DNA of 64,000 nt from contig CM119371.1 in the NCBI GenBank assembly GCA_051294905.1, positions 1,738,001 to 1,802,000 on the forward strand. The letters are read 5' to 3'. Position 1 is the stretch's first letter. Each line of letters starts with the position of its first letter. Both the position numbers and the translations under genes were made by a program. Shown here one piece after another: positions 39,581 to 51,581 of the stretch. This DNA comes from Botryllus schlosseri (Eukaryota). The notes below the pieces were generated by a model. The model was not told the origin of the DNA. It made no database searches and saw only the letters and a list, made by a program, of their open reading frames with translations.

Positions 39581-42037
39581 AATATGAACATATACTATTC
39601 AATTGTGTATTGAATTTCTGTACCTCCAAGAAGCTCTGTTATTACTGTATAAAATCCTGTCTTACTTACTTACTGTGTCAAAAAATTGTTATGTTTTCAA
39701 TTTGTATTGTCATATTTAATGGCAACTTACACTGTTTCTTTTATCGCACATTCTACAACCGATTCTTTTGAAATAAAATATTTTTTCGATAAGAGCATGT
39801 GGGTGGAGGTTTTTCAGGTACATAATTTCGAGCTCTGCAGCGATAGGTACGGACATGCCACTTCAGACCACACAATATTATGACATACATCGCTACCACA
39901 CAATGTGGCTCCTAAAAAAAAATTCGAATATTGTGTGTTTTTTAGGTGCATAAATGCACGCGTTTAAGCTTACAGTATACGCATTGAAATATTTAATTAC
40001 AAATTCCAAGCAACTTTTCGCCGTCCGTATATTTCGCCCGCGGCCCGTCAAATGCCAAGGTCTGCTCTAAGATAATCTACAATCTTTGGGGGAACCCCTA
40101 ATTTTCCGTCAGTCACAACAACCAAACCAACCACACTACACAATCAGCACACATTTATTACATTACTTACATTGTGCGTCCGGTTAGTTGTGTTTTAGCT
40201 AGTTGCGGATTTTTACAGGTCATTAGTTCTCGTTGGGGTTGCATTTAAAACAAACGGTGTTTTAAAAAACATTGTCTAAAACATGTTGTAAACAGAAGTC
40301 ACTAGAAATAAAATTGTGTAAAGTTATGCCATAGGTGCGTAAATACTTTCCAAAAAACATTGTATGAGCCGAAGAACAATTACGACCCAATACAGCCGAC
40401 GTATATCGATATTGGATGGCTGGAACTCTAGAAATAGGCGGTTCAACAGTAATAGTACATATATTTCGTCAAAGAAACTATATTCATCCTATATTTTCAA
40501 TTGTCGATGTCAATCCATTATGACGTCACAATTGAATATTCATGAAGTCGTGACTTCAAAAACAATAAAAAAAAACATGCTTTAAACAAGGGCTTTGTTT
40601 ATATCATGTTTGTTTTAAATGCAACTCCAGTTTTAGTTATAGTTCTAGTTGTCGGTTTTGAAAGTGAATTTTTTTAAACTTCGAAAATGATTATATTGGT
40701 ATTTTCTGTCGATGCTCATGAATGACAAGATTTTAAACATTTTTACTCTCCAAATCACACAATATGAACATTTATTGTTCGACAATAAAGCGCGAAATGA
40801 TAGGTAAGGTACAGGACGGGCCAAGCCTCCTATATATTAGCGCAGTGCTGACACGTCCTCTGAGCACAGAAAATCTAAGCTGCGCACAAAAAATCCGATG
40901 TCATGATCATTTTTTCATTCGTTACGCACTGCTGTCCAAGGACCGCGCAGTGAGTTGGTGAGTGTGCACAGACTCGTTAAAATTAGAGGGAACATTGCTG
41001 CTAAGTGAATGTGTAAATAGCATAATAATATTTTCATATCAATTACCGAGTATATGACTGTTTATTCACAACAAAACTCACTGACCATGTAAGAATGCTA
41101 ACAAACAAGGTTGAAACTGAACAATACAATAATCAGACAGCAATGCCGAAGCTGGAAGTTGGAATCAGCATTCATTCAATTTAATTAATCAAGGTTTATG
41201 TAGACTAAGGGCGAAGGTTACGGAAGCTAGTTCATCCAGGTTAATTATGATCGTCTAATAATAATCTTTTATTATTGGCTAATAAACTTTGATATTGTGT
41301 TTCCCGAAAAATGAACATTTGCATAATATCTACTCTGAAGAGTTAATCAAGCCAATGTGACGTCTACCAGCGTCATATATTGCGCACAATTAGCCAGTTT
41401 TCGCCGCCCGGCTATTAAATTAGGTCAGTCGTCATACATGTGTTCGTTGGGTGAATCTGAATTAGTAATTTTAGGATAACAGCTGATGTCTATGGCATAT
41501 CACTATCTGGAGTAGCTAATCTTCAAAGTAATACTTTAAGCCAGGGGTCGCCAACCTGGTGCCCGCGGGCCCCAAGTAGCCCACGAGGACCAGATGAGTG
41601 GCCCGCGAGCCTGTTCTAAAAATAGATCGAATGCAGCATTTGCTAATATTCGTCAGATTATTGCCAGTGAGCTTTTAAATGTATAAATCGAGTTAATTAG
41701 CCATTCTTGTTTAAATCACACTATAACACGTGACTTAGAAATGACAATTCATATATATATAAACACTTAAAATGATGATATCAAATGTCCTAAATTACAA
41801 TTAGTAGGCTAATATACCAACATGTAATAGAATAACAAGATATCGAAGACGTAAAATACGGCGTACTGCCCATACAAGCGATATGACGGCATGCCATCCA
41901 CGGTCTTCTTGAAATGGTGGGGGGTTCCGTTATGGTTGCTCGACGTCCAGGACAATACCAAAGTAGTAAACAACATTACTATACGGTTGCAGATAGCGGT
42001 GAAGTACTAGCTGATGCAGTATGCCCATTACGTAATG

Positions 42038-43831
42038 CAGCGGTTCTCAACCGGGGGTCCGCGAAGCAATTTCAGGGGGTCCGCGAGACCTCTAAATTTT
42101 TTAAATGGCTGATAACCTAATTTTTATTTTATTTTTTAATTTGAGAAAGCATGAGTCAGTTTCGCACCACAACTGCTAAAACCTCATGACTCATATCATC
42201 ATAATAATCGTCTGACTTGGACTATCGTAGTGTGGGAACTCATTTTCATTGCCAATTTTCCAATAACCTGCAGATACAAACATAGCGCTGTTTAGAGACG
42301 TTTCGTTGGGGTTTGTGGATTGTGGAAAAAATAAAAATACGGAGATTTAACGTCAATCAGGGTGACTTCGTAATGTCTGCGAAACCTTCTCAATTTGAAG
42401 TTGTCAGTCTCGTCAAATTAGTGAACAGTCGTTTGAAATAAAAATTTACGAAGTTTTTCCATAATTTGTCCCAATGAAGGGAGCAGCTTCTTGGAGGTAC
42501 AGGACTTTAATACAATTGAATATTCATATTGAAATGGACCCGAATATTTTAGGCCGACACTCGTCATAAATCAGACAATGATATACCAGCTCCTAATCAT
42601 CATCATCATCATTGGTTTATTAGCAATTTTATCAGTTCAATACACCACAAAAAATGCGATACAATGAAGAGAAAGGAAGATGTCGAAGCGACTAGGAGTT
42701 GTCTATGGAATCGGACACCCACCTTGGCCTAGGCGATGTAAAGAGGCGGCATGCACACTGAATGAAAGTAGAAAGATAGTATAGAAGTAGAAAGATAGTA
42801 TAGAAACAGAAAGCGACAAGAAATAGGGCGGCATGTCATGGGAAGCGAGATCGATAGGTCAGTCGTGGTCCGGTAATCTTGAGGTTGGACTGTATTTATT
42901 TAGTAGTAATTGCTTGTATTTCGACTTGAATGTGGACATGCTCGTCGACTGTCGGATGGCCGGCGGGATACTGTTTCAGCACGGCTATCAGATTTTGCGC
43001 ATTCTAATTGCGGATGCCCTATCGACAAGGCTAATTTTTTGATGAATAAGGAGTGTTTCGTTGCTATCAAAGCATTACGCTCCAACCCTGACATTCATAT
43101 CACCAGTTCTATTGGTATGCAGCCTTGTCTTGTTAATGTTCAATTATTCATGGTCGAAAATGTTAGCTCGTAAATATATATGTAAACCCGAACAGAACAA
43201 GTCGTTTCATGACAGTCTTTCTCTGGTTGGAAAACTTTGATCGCATCCTTTGGAGCATAAATATTGTCTATATTGTCTGTAGGATTTCACTTTGACGGTA
43301 GAAACTCTCTGCGGGCCGATCAAAATGCCGTCGCGGGCCGAATCCGGCCAGCGGTCCGTATGTTCCCCGTCCCTGCGTTAGATGCTGGACGTGATATCTT
43401 CATAAAATATGTGTTTCTTCATTTTGGTGCCATAAATGTTGCGATCACACCAAAAGTATCGTTGGAAGCGTTATGCGTTAATATTGCATTAGCCTCCCTC
43501 TATCTTTGCGGAAATGGTTTTCGGCACTCCTCGTTCATATCAAAACGAAGACGCAAATTCTCAAGACATGACCACGAACTTCAAGAAATACAGCAGCAAA
43601 ATTAGCTTTGAAATACTAAAAGTCAACCAATTTCTACATAAATAGTATGATGTAATTTTCATGAAAAATCACTATTTTACCGTTTATCACAAGCCTACAG
43701 TTCATATTTGCACGAGACAGATGAAGGTTGCACCATAATAGAGCTAAAATTGAACTAAAACTTGAGGGGGTCCTTGAGGGTCCGTGACGGTCAAAAGGGG
43801 TCCGCGAAGCCAAAAAGGTTGAGAACCACTG
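42038..43831. mobile_element. Buster/Charlie hAT MITE, nested
   Basis: TIR CAG(C/T)GGTTCTCAACC, gggtccgcg repeats, perfect TSD ACGTAATG. Confidence 0.9.
42596..42980 (-). mobile_element. CR1-clade LINE 3' end
   Basis: NSIPPAIRQSTSMSTFKSKYKQLLL ORF2 end, 3' UTR with AATAAA and (GAT)n tail. Confidence 0.85.
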
Positions 43832-44919
43832 ACGTAATGCATCTTTTGATACAGCTTGTCTCTCTTACACTCAACGCAGTTTATAGTATCATTTTTTTAA
43901 CTTTCTGTAATCGATGCTGCTGTCAGGTATAATGAAATCTGTCATGTCTGGATGCTGAACAGTTAGAGATTGAAATTGTACCACTGCAAAGTCACCTACA
44001 CCCCAAAGCCCACAAGGCTGCAGCAAGCTTTTGGTGCCTTGTTGACACGGAAAAGTACAGTGGTGAATGCGCAGCAGCTATGGTTGGAAGCGTGTTTGGT
44101 TCAACCTATCGTTGTGAATCCGCCTTTGCGTACACGACCGTCATAAAAAAAACTCAAAACACGCCTCATTAATGCACATCTGGAACACTCACTCAGAGTT
44201 GCAGTGTCACGTTACATACAAGAGTACTGCATACTAGTTGATAGCATGCACTGCCAGGCCTCCCACTGACTGGTATAAAAACAGATAACACGATGTCCAG
44301 TCTAACGTGTGACATGATTTATTTTAAAATTTGAGCTGACAGTTGTTGTATAATTTATATAAACATGGTGCGAAGTAATTCGTGATTTCTTAAAAAGTGT
44401 TAGTGGCTAGCTAGTTGAAATGAGATATTTTGATTTAAAAGACACACTTAGAAGTCTTACCGCTATGCGATTCCTGCCCAGTGCTATGAATATCAAAGCG
44501 GAAATTCCGTTTGGTACGGGTAAACGGTGGGAGTAAATGGAAGCCCGTCGCTTCAATCAGTACCCAAAAGTAGCCCTTGGTTGCAAAAAGGTTGGTGACC
44601 CCTGCCTTAAGCCATCGCTGTCGGGTTCGTGATATCAATGAAAATACTCCTGATATACTCATATATCATGTATGTTCATAGTTCACTGAGCAGGTTGCTA
44701 CTATATCGTTCCCATCGAATACGATTTGAAAATTGCTATGGTTCCCGCAATAGGCCTAACCGACGCGAAATTATGACCCCGAATGGATTGCTACGAAAAG
44801 ATGTGAATATTGCACCATATCATATCGGAAGAGGGGAGGCTTCAAAATTAGATAAATTACAGAATAACACATAATATAGTTTTCCTACGAAATGAATCAT
44901 TTGAAAATGTATGACTTAG

Positions 44920-45233
44920 TCGTATTCGATTTTCCAGACACCTTGCAATGGTGCTCAAAAGCTCGTCGTCGATATTGCAGTTGAATAAATCCAAAGAACG
45001 AAGGCTTTGATTCCTTGCTGCGAGCGATCCAACGATATGAGCTTCATCACGATTCAATGAGATCCCATATACGTTGATGACGGAAAGATCTTTCATAAGA
45101 TTATCGTCGCCCGATTCGTAGATTGCTGTATATAGTTCCATGCGAACATATCTGTCTTCGTCATCAGTCTTATCGTGAAGTTGTGAAAGGACCGATTGAG
45201 ATAGAACTTGTTGCTTCTGTGTTTGATCCGAGA
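44920..45233 (-). CDS. NLR gene exon, end of HD2 and first LRR
   Basis: ttgcttgacag acceptor, phase 1, in frame with the NACHT exon. Encodes ELYTAIYESGDDNL and the LRR SLRSLDLFNCNIDDELLSTIARCL. The expected phase-0 donor reads CTAAGT, so the 3' boundary is inferred. Confidence 0.8.
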
Positions 45234-45883
45234 CTGTCAAGCAATACACAATGTCGTTGTACCCGTATTTGTAATGTTTCTTCCGTAATGGTTTGCATAA
45301 CAATTGAATAATTCACGCGACTGTGATGAGGCAGGGTTCAGATGGAGGCATTGAGGTCCGATGTTTAGTTTACAATAACAAGAGCATTTCATGCGCATCA
45401 ATATCGCATGTTAGACTAAGATCGGGTCCAGAATTCATACTTAAGTGTTGGATGTTTATTTAGGCTCACCCTCCTGAAGCTGTATCTTTCAAAAAGCTTA
45501 GAAGTGGGCCCTGCTACAAGTCGGCGGATGCGAAATCAAAAATGCCAAAAAATAGGCCGGGTGTAAATGACTCCTTTGGTCGACAGACACCATAAATACC
45601 CGAAACAAATTTACAAAACAATGTCACATATTGATCATCGATAGGCCCTTGTAGCGCACACGTTCCATAATCTGCGAACTTATGAAGATTTTAGATATAT
45701 AAGTTTTATTTAGCCGACTGAATGTGAAGACTTATTTACCAGCCGTGTATAAATTTAGGATTTTTCGACTATTTCACCCCATCGATTGTGACAATACCAT
45801 CAAAGTCATGATAAACCATAAGTGACCCATAATAATCAATCGATGCTGCGGTAGAATAGCCGCGGAAAACCATGATTACTCAC

Positions 45884-47329
45884 AGCTGTGAAGATCGTTA
45901 TTTGATTTCATGTAAACGATGCCTGTAACGAATCTTCGAACCACGGACCATCGTTTCTCATGTAGATGTTGGCCATCAAAGCGAGAGAACATTTCGAGCT
46001 CCATTTCCGAGATAAAACTAGCCGCCAGAAATTCTTGCATGCTTTGATGACAGAAGAAGAATGTGAAGTCGCCTTCCATCAAGTGACGGCTTAGGATGTT
46101 GTTGCCAGGCACTTTCGTCATCAAATCCTGCACTTCGTCTGCGGAAACTTTAAACCGATCCAAATCTGCTTTGTAGAATACGACTCGCCCCTGTTTCATG
46201 CCTTCAAACGCCATTGCTTTCAATTTCTGGATAATCGAGAGGATTTGCTTTCTGTTTCGCATATTTTCCACACTCTGCAAGACTAACATGATCCTGCTGT
46301 ATAGTTCTGTCACGGTAGACGGAGGAGGTCTATCTGGATCAATTCCCATCACCACTGCTATCAAAATCAGGAAAACCGGGACCGATACAAGTTGTAATAA
46401 TCGCGGTGACATGATTTTGATTTTCTCCCAGAGATGCTTCCCGTTCTCACGGAGCAGAGACGTGAACAGTTTATAAGCATCTTGTGGCGTGAGACCATTG
46501 AGTGTGATTATTTCTTTAGGGCGTGCTTGCGCCGGTAATTCGGAGACTTTGAATTCACGTGACGAGACGATGATCCTGACGTGACGAAGGATTTTGCGGG
46601 ATAAGATATTGTACATGATGATCGCAGAGCTCGCTTTCTTATACGGTGTAATCTTTCGGAGGCTGCTCTCCTCGAAATCCCACTGCATTTGATCAAGCCC
46701 GTCAAAAATGATAATTGCATCACTTTGATTGTCGACCAGCCATTCAAAAGCTTGGTCCTCTTCAGATTCATTTTTGAATAGACCGTCGAACAGGAACTTG
46801 GATGTTTTGATACCGTTCTCTTCATCCATGTTCTTCAATTCAATATAATGTATCATTTTTCGTTTCGGTTCACCGTTGTCACTCACAGATGACATTCCGA
46901 GCGCTTTTTGAGCAATTCTACGCATGAGGGTGGTTTTACCCGATCCTGCAGACGCGACGATAGCAGTGTAGCCAACTTCATAATTTGACGGTGACGGTAA
47001 TTTCTCATACTTTGACAGCGATTCCATTATCTTTTCCATAGTTATCGATTTACCGTCGTTGTCGGATTGACGATAAAACCCGACTTCCTCTATCAACTGA
47101 CTTTGAAAATCTTTTCTTCTAGATCCATGAACAGTTTCGTCCGTTGAAGATTTTTTCTCGCGAAAACGGCCTTTGTAGTAGTCATCAACATCGACTTTCT
47201 TCATCTGCGGGAAAACCTTGAAGTCAGGTTCGTGGACGAATTCATTCTTGAAGTCTTCACAAATTCCACTTGCCGTTTCTTGACGCGTGTTGCCGTTTAT
47301 AACCTCTATCAATTTCTTGTAATTAACGC
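45884..47329 (-). CDS. NLR gene, NACHT NTPase exon (NBD, HD1, winged helix, start of HD2)
   Basis: Covers ORF 45876..47312. Walker A ASAGSGKTT, Walker B IIIFDGLDQ, sensor-1 VSSR, HD1 VPVFL, WHD FCHQSMQEFLAA, then RWSVVRRFVTG. tttttctgcag acceptor, gtgagt donor, phase 1 to phase 1. Confidence 0.95.
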
Positions 47330-49046
47330 CTGCAGAAAAAAGAGCTTAAATTAGGAAAAATATCAAAACTGCCACGTCATCTTGCCAGTAAGAAATTACT
47401 ACAAATAATATTTTCTTACACTAGGACACTGTCATCAAGCTTAAATTTTTGCAGCTACATAAGCATGACAACCACTCTAAACGACCAAGAGATCGAGTGT
47501 TGCTCAATCAAGCCTAAATCAGTTATGATATTCCTCAGAAATCTAATCCTGCCTATGCTTATGAACTTTATTGCTATCTTCTCGCCCTCCATTATCTCCA
47601 ATGAATCATTACAAATATTTACCCTGTAGTAGATCAGTCTTCCTTAACGCGACAAGACTTATGCCGCCTGTTTTGCTTAGAAAACTGAGCCGCTGTCCGC
47701 AGAGTAGTTGTCATTGTTGTCGCCAATATGGTTGGTTGAGTTATTATATTGTGACGTGGCAACCTTGACAGCGGCTTAACCTAAGGTCACGGAAAGGTAG
47801 TAGGACGTTCATTGATTTCGTAACAATTGGTTTGTAGCTCAACCTTTCATGGCACTGGAGCATTTGCCATTTCGTCCGATACCGAAATCAAAATCCAAGA
47901 ATGGATGCCGGATGCCGCGACGCGGCCAGAGGTCGACTATTAGACCAGAGACCAGAGATCGAGACCAGAGATCGACTAATAATTCAACACGGTGTAGTGG
48001 GCGAGTCTGATATCATAGAAATGTTGAATTAGGCGAATTGGCGGGACCGTTATACGATCGGCAACGCAGGACCATAACAGCACTTTGTCAGACCCACCCC
48101 CCTCCCCGGAAAAAATCATTGGTATTGTGGCCCCATAGGGTGATATGCCCGACTTTTCGGGTAAGAAGTCCATCTGGCTTTACTTTTGGGGCTGCTACTT
48201 ATCAGCGAGTTTTGTGTACTGTTTGGCAAGTCAGCTTTAGTCGTCTAGACTCGCGAGAGACGAAATTTTTATATAATTCATGACTAAATCGGTCAATATG
48301 ATCAGGAATTGCATATATATATTGTTATCAATTTTTTATTTCCTCTCTGCTCATTTAACCAGATTTATTGGTAGAGCTGAGTGAGTTGTCTTGGAAAATG
48401 TAGGGGCCGTTTATAATGATGAAACAACTTCGGGCGGACCCGTTGGTATAATGATTTTATCGCATGATGTTATTTAGTGACCTCCTGTCTGCTATGTCGA
48501 AAGATACTGGCAAATAATTTTTCCCTGCGAGATGACATCTGTCTTGTGGGATTCAAATTTCAGCGCCATTTATTTAGCGGCTATGGACAACTAGACAATA
48601 TATCGAAGTTTTCGGTCAGCATAGGGGCAGTCTTTTTCAGCCAAGGATTTCTCTCTGGCGATTTTCCTGGCACACTTCTCGGAGTCGCATGTGACATGGT
48701 CTAAAACCACATGTCTTGGTGCGTCGTGACACGGTAATGGCCGAGGCCGAAATGTCAATTTCTCTAAATAATGCGCATTTGTTCTTGGGGAGGTAACCAA
48801 TGCTCAGGATATTTGGCAACAATAAATTGCGCGCAACGCGGAACATTTATGAAAATGTTGGATATCTATGAATTTCCCAAATTTCCAATTTCGTGAGGTT
48901 TGGGGTACCACAGAAGCCAGAACACTAATGAAATCTTCAAGACTTCCAGGCCTGGCAAAACTTCTTCACATATTTTGAACATCATTGTAAAGCAGACCCT
49001 TCCCCCAAATTTACAGACCGTATTGATTAAATAGCATCATACTCAC

Positions 49047-49193
49047 TTTGAATCCTGGAAGGTGTTTCTCCTTCAGCGCCAGTAATGCTGTAGACGATTT
49101 GTTTTACATTTATTTGATCTCCGGCCACGACGTTCACAGAGCTTTTCGTGAACTTCAGATTGACATTTTCTTCTTCGGCCAAAGTTGCGGATC
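49047..49193 (-). CDS. NLR gene exon 2, N-terminal segment with RHIM-like/amyloid-like motif
   Basis: ttcttag acceptor and gtgagt donor. 147 nt open, phase 1 to phase 1: SATLAEEENVNLKFTKSSVNVVAGDQINVKQIVYSITGAEGETPSRIQ. Joins the NACHT exon in frame. Confidence 0.8.
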
Positions 49194-50451
49194 CTAAGAA
49201 ACACATTTTTATTGTATACTGCTTGTCAGGTTCAATATATAGCCTTATAACAAAATGATATGGATTCTATTATTTTCTTCGATGTCCTTCGGATTATTAT
49301 TTGCGTAACAAGCAAAATGTACGGTATTTGAATAACTTCACAACTGTTCCAGATGGATAATATTATCATGTATTATAACAGATCTGATCTCAAATACTAG
49401 GCTACTAACCGCTTATTACGGAGGTCATTGATATAGGCTTGACATAAGCGACACCAGAATCGTTATCTTTACCCTCTTCTGGCACTCCACTGATAAGGTG
49501 GTACTAATTAGCTAGCATATATATGACGATGCTGAAAATATTTCTTAGCATTCTATGTTGAATCCTTCGAATTTCATAATCAATAACTTTCTCATCAACA
49601 GTCGTAACCTCTCATGCCATCAAACTGTCCGTTGGGATAGCCAGCATTCTTGTGGCCTTTTGTTGTGATATGGCTATAAAAGGGGCAGGATATTTTTATT
49701 GTTATAAAGGAGGGCGTGTCTATTAAAGCATGAACACCACTGTTTCACGGCATTGTCTTTAAACGATTGTAGATTGCAGCCAAAGTCTGAGAGGCCTGAC
49801 ACGCGATTATTCATGCAAGCGAATAGCGATGATATCTTGCGCACATGGCCTGTTGTAGGCCTACATACAGTGGCGGCTCGTGACAATATCGGGTGGTGGG
49901 GCAAGGGCTGCAAGCGACTTTTTATCACGATGACGTCACAATGACGTTTTCCAACATAAACAAGTAACTTGATGGTACGGTAACATGAATTTCCCGACAA
50001 CAGTGATTTTAACGTATGTGCCACGAGAGGTCTGCCGGTGAGCTGTGCCTTCAAGTGTGGTAACTGCGTAAACGGCGTACGGAACAAAGATTCAACACGG
50101 TTCATGTTCGCACGTGACCTCACTAATTATCTGCAGAAATGGAAATGACTATAACTCAAAAGATTTGTAAGCCTAAATGGAAAGGTTAACGAGTTCGGAC
50201 ACATACGCAATTTTTATCTCGTAGATTCGGCCTGTCATATTGAATCAAAAACATCATTCTGAAGAACTCGGAAGTTCGGTCTCGGTACAGCATAGGAGAT
50301 GTTGGCCTTGAAACTGGAGACTGTAACACGACACATACGGCTTACTGTATATATGTCTGCTGCGAAATCGCCTATGCAAAATATATTACCGAATAAATAC
50401 GTGGATGAAAGTCGTAATCTTAGTACACTGTTACATGACATCGTATTGTCA

Positions 50452-50560
50452 GATTCTATAGACAACCTAGTCGCTTCGACATCTTCCTTTCTTTCATTGT
50501 ATCGCATTTTTTGTGGTGTATTGAACTGATAAAATTGCTAATAAACCAATGTTGATGATA
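50452..50560 (+). mobile_element. Short 3'-tail copy of the same CR1-like LINE
   Basis: Reverse complement of about 42600-42712 and 54705-54821; aataaa followed by a degenerate gat tail. Confidence 0.8.
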
Positions 50561-50809
50561 TCATCGAGAAGTAGCCTCATGACACTTTTTGGTATGATGC
50601 ACTGTCAAAATTAATACGGACAGACCAACACCGAATTTTGCGTAAAATTTACTGAGGAATAGGCCTATCAAGGGATCAGCTATTAGTCGCCAGCTATCGC
50701 GCTTGACAGGGGTGAAATTGACATTGGAGAATATAAAGTAAAAGTAAATATTTGAATGCAAACCGAGAATGTTAGTAAACTGTTTCATGATATCATCATC
50801 TCATCACAT

Positions 50810-51581
50810 ATCTCAGTATGGAACACAGTTAACGTTAGCACAGATACACCGGCTTTTGCGTGAAATCCGCAATGCGTTATAGGTAGGCTAAAGTGTCAGA
50901 TCAGCGCACATCTCTACCATACTCGACCTTGATAACAAAATTACTGCCATAATCATTGAGTGTCAACCTTGAGACTTGGCACAGCGTTCGATACTAAAAT
51001 CAAGACATACCGTGTAAAAGCTCATGACGGATCTAGGTAAGGAGCATCGTTAAAATCAATAGAGACCAATACCGGCTTTGCGTAAGATCTGTTTGCGATA
51101 AATGACGAGTCAGTTCTCACTCGACTTAGGAAAAGAAATTACCACCAACATAGTTCAGTGACAAACTTGAAACTTGGTACAGCGTTCGATACTAACATTA
51201 AGACTTACCGTGCCAAATGTCATGACCGATCTCGGTATGGAACATCGTCAAAATCAATGGATACCAATACCGGCTTTTGAGTAAAATCTGTTTGCGATAC
51301 ATGACGGATCAGCACACACTCAACTTCGGAGACGGAATTACTACCCTAAACTTTAGGTAGAAACCCTGAAATTTGGGGCAGTGTTAACTACCACCATCAC
51401 ACGACACGACATACCAAGTTTCAAGAATTATCATGGTGTGAAACACCATCAAAATCGACCTATACCAGCAAAGGTCGACTAAACGCATATGACGGTAAAA
51501 CCGAGTTCAGACATAGATACGATTGTTACATCACACCTTAAGGGCAACAGAGCTATGTTGCCCCGGTTGCTCGGCAATTTT
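50810..51581 (+). mobile_element. Helentron/DINE-like element with ~198-bp internal tandem repeats
   Basis: ga(a/g)acttgg.acagcgttcgatacta unit at about 50971, 51169 and 51368. 3' hairpin GGGCAACA..TGTTGCCC (51542-51563) followed by ctcggcaattt. Confidence 0.6.

Larger units (their letters stand above)
31857..40220 (+). mobile_element. Decayed CACTA/EnSpm (CMC) transposon inside the NLR intron
   Basis: Left end CACTGTAAA..ACACAAC, right end gttgtgt..ttttacag, cacaca/tgtgtg subterminal repeats at both ends. Internal zinc-finger-like and SAMD3-like coding remnants. Confidence 0.6.
41542..44604 (+). mobile_element. Buster/Charlie hAT deletion derivative with nested insertions
   Basis: TIR CAGGGGTC(G/A)CCAACC, TSD C(T/C)TTAAGC, C-terminal transposase remnant VFGSTYRCESAF near 44090. 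Same family as 62531-63574. Confidence 0.9.

Noticed and set aside
45234..45320. Acceptor at 45320 giving an in-frame TGA (apparent nonsense mutation)
   Set aside because: A phase-compatible acceptor at 45233 avoids the stop, so the start of ORF 44857..45303 is probably intronic.
49674..50123. 149-aa minus-strand ORF as the NLR N-terminal domain
   Set aside because: No death-fold or other recognisable pattern, and no convincing phase-1 donor to 49193.
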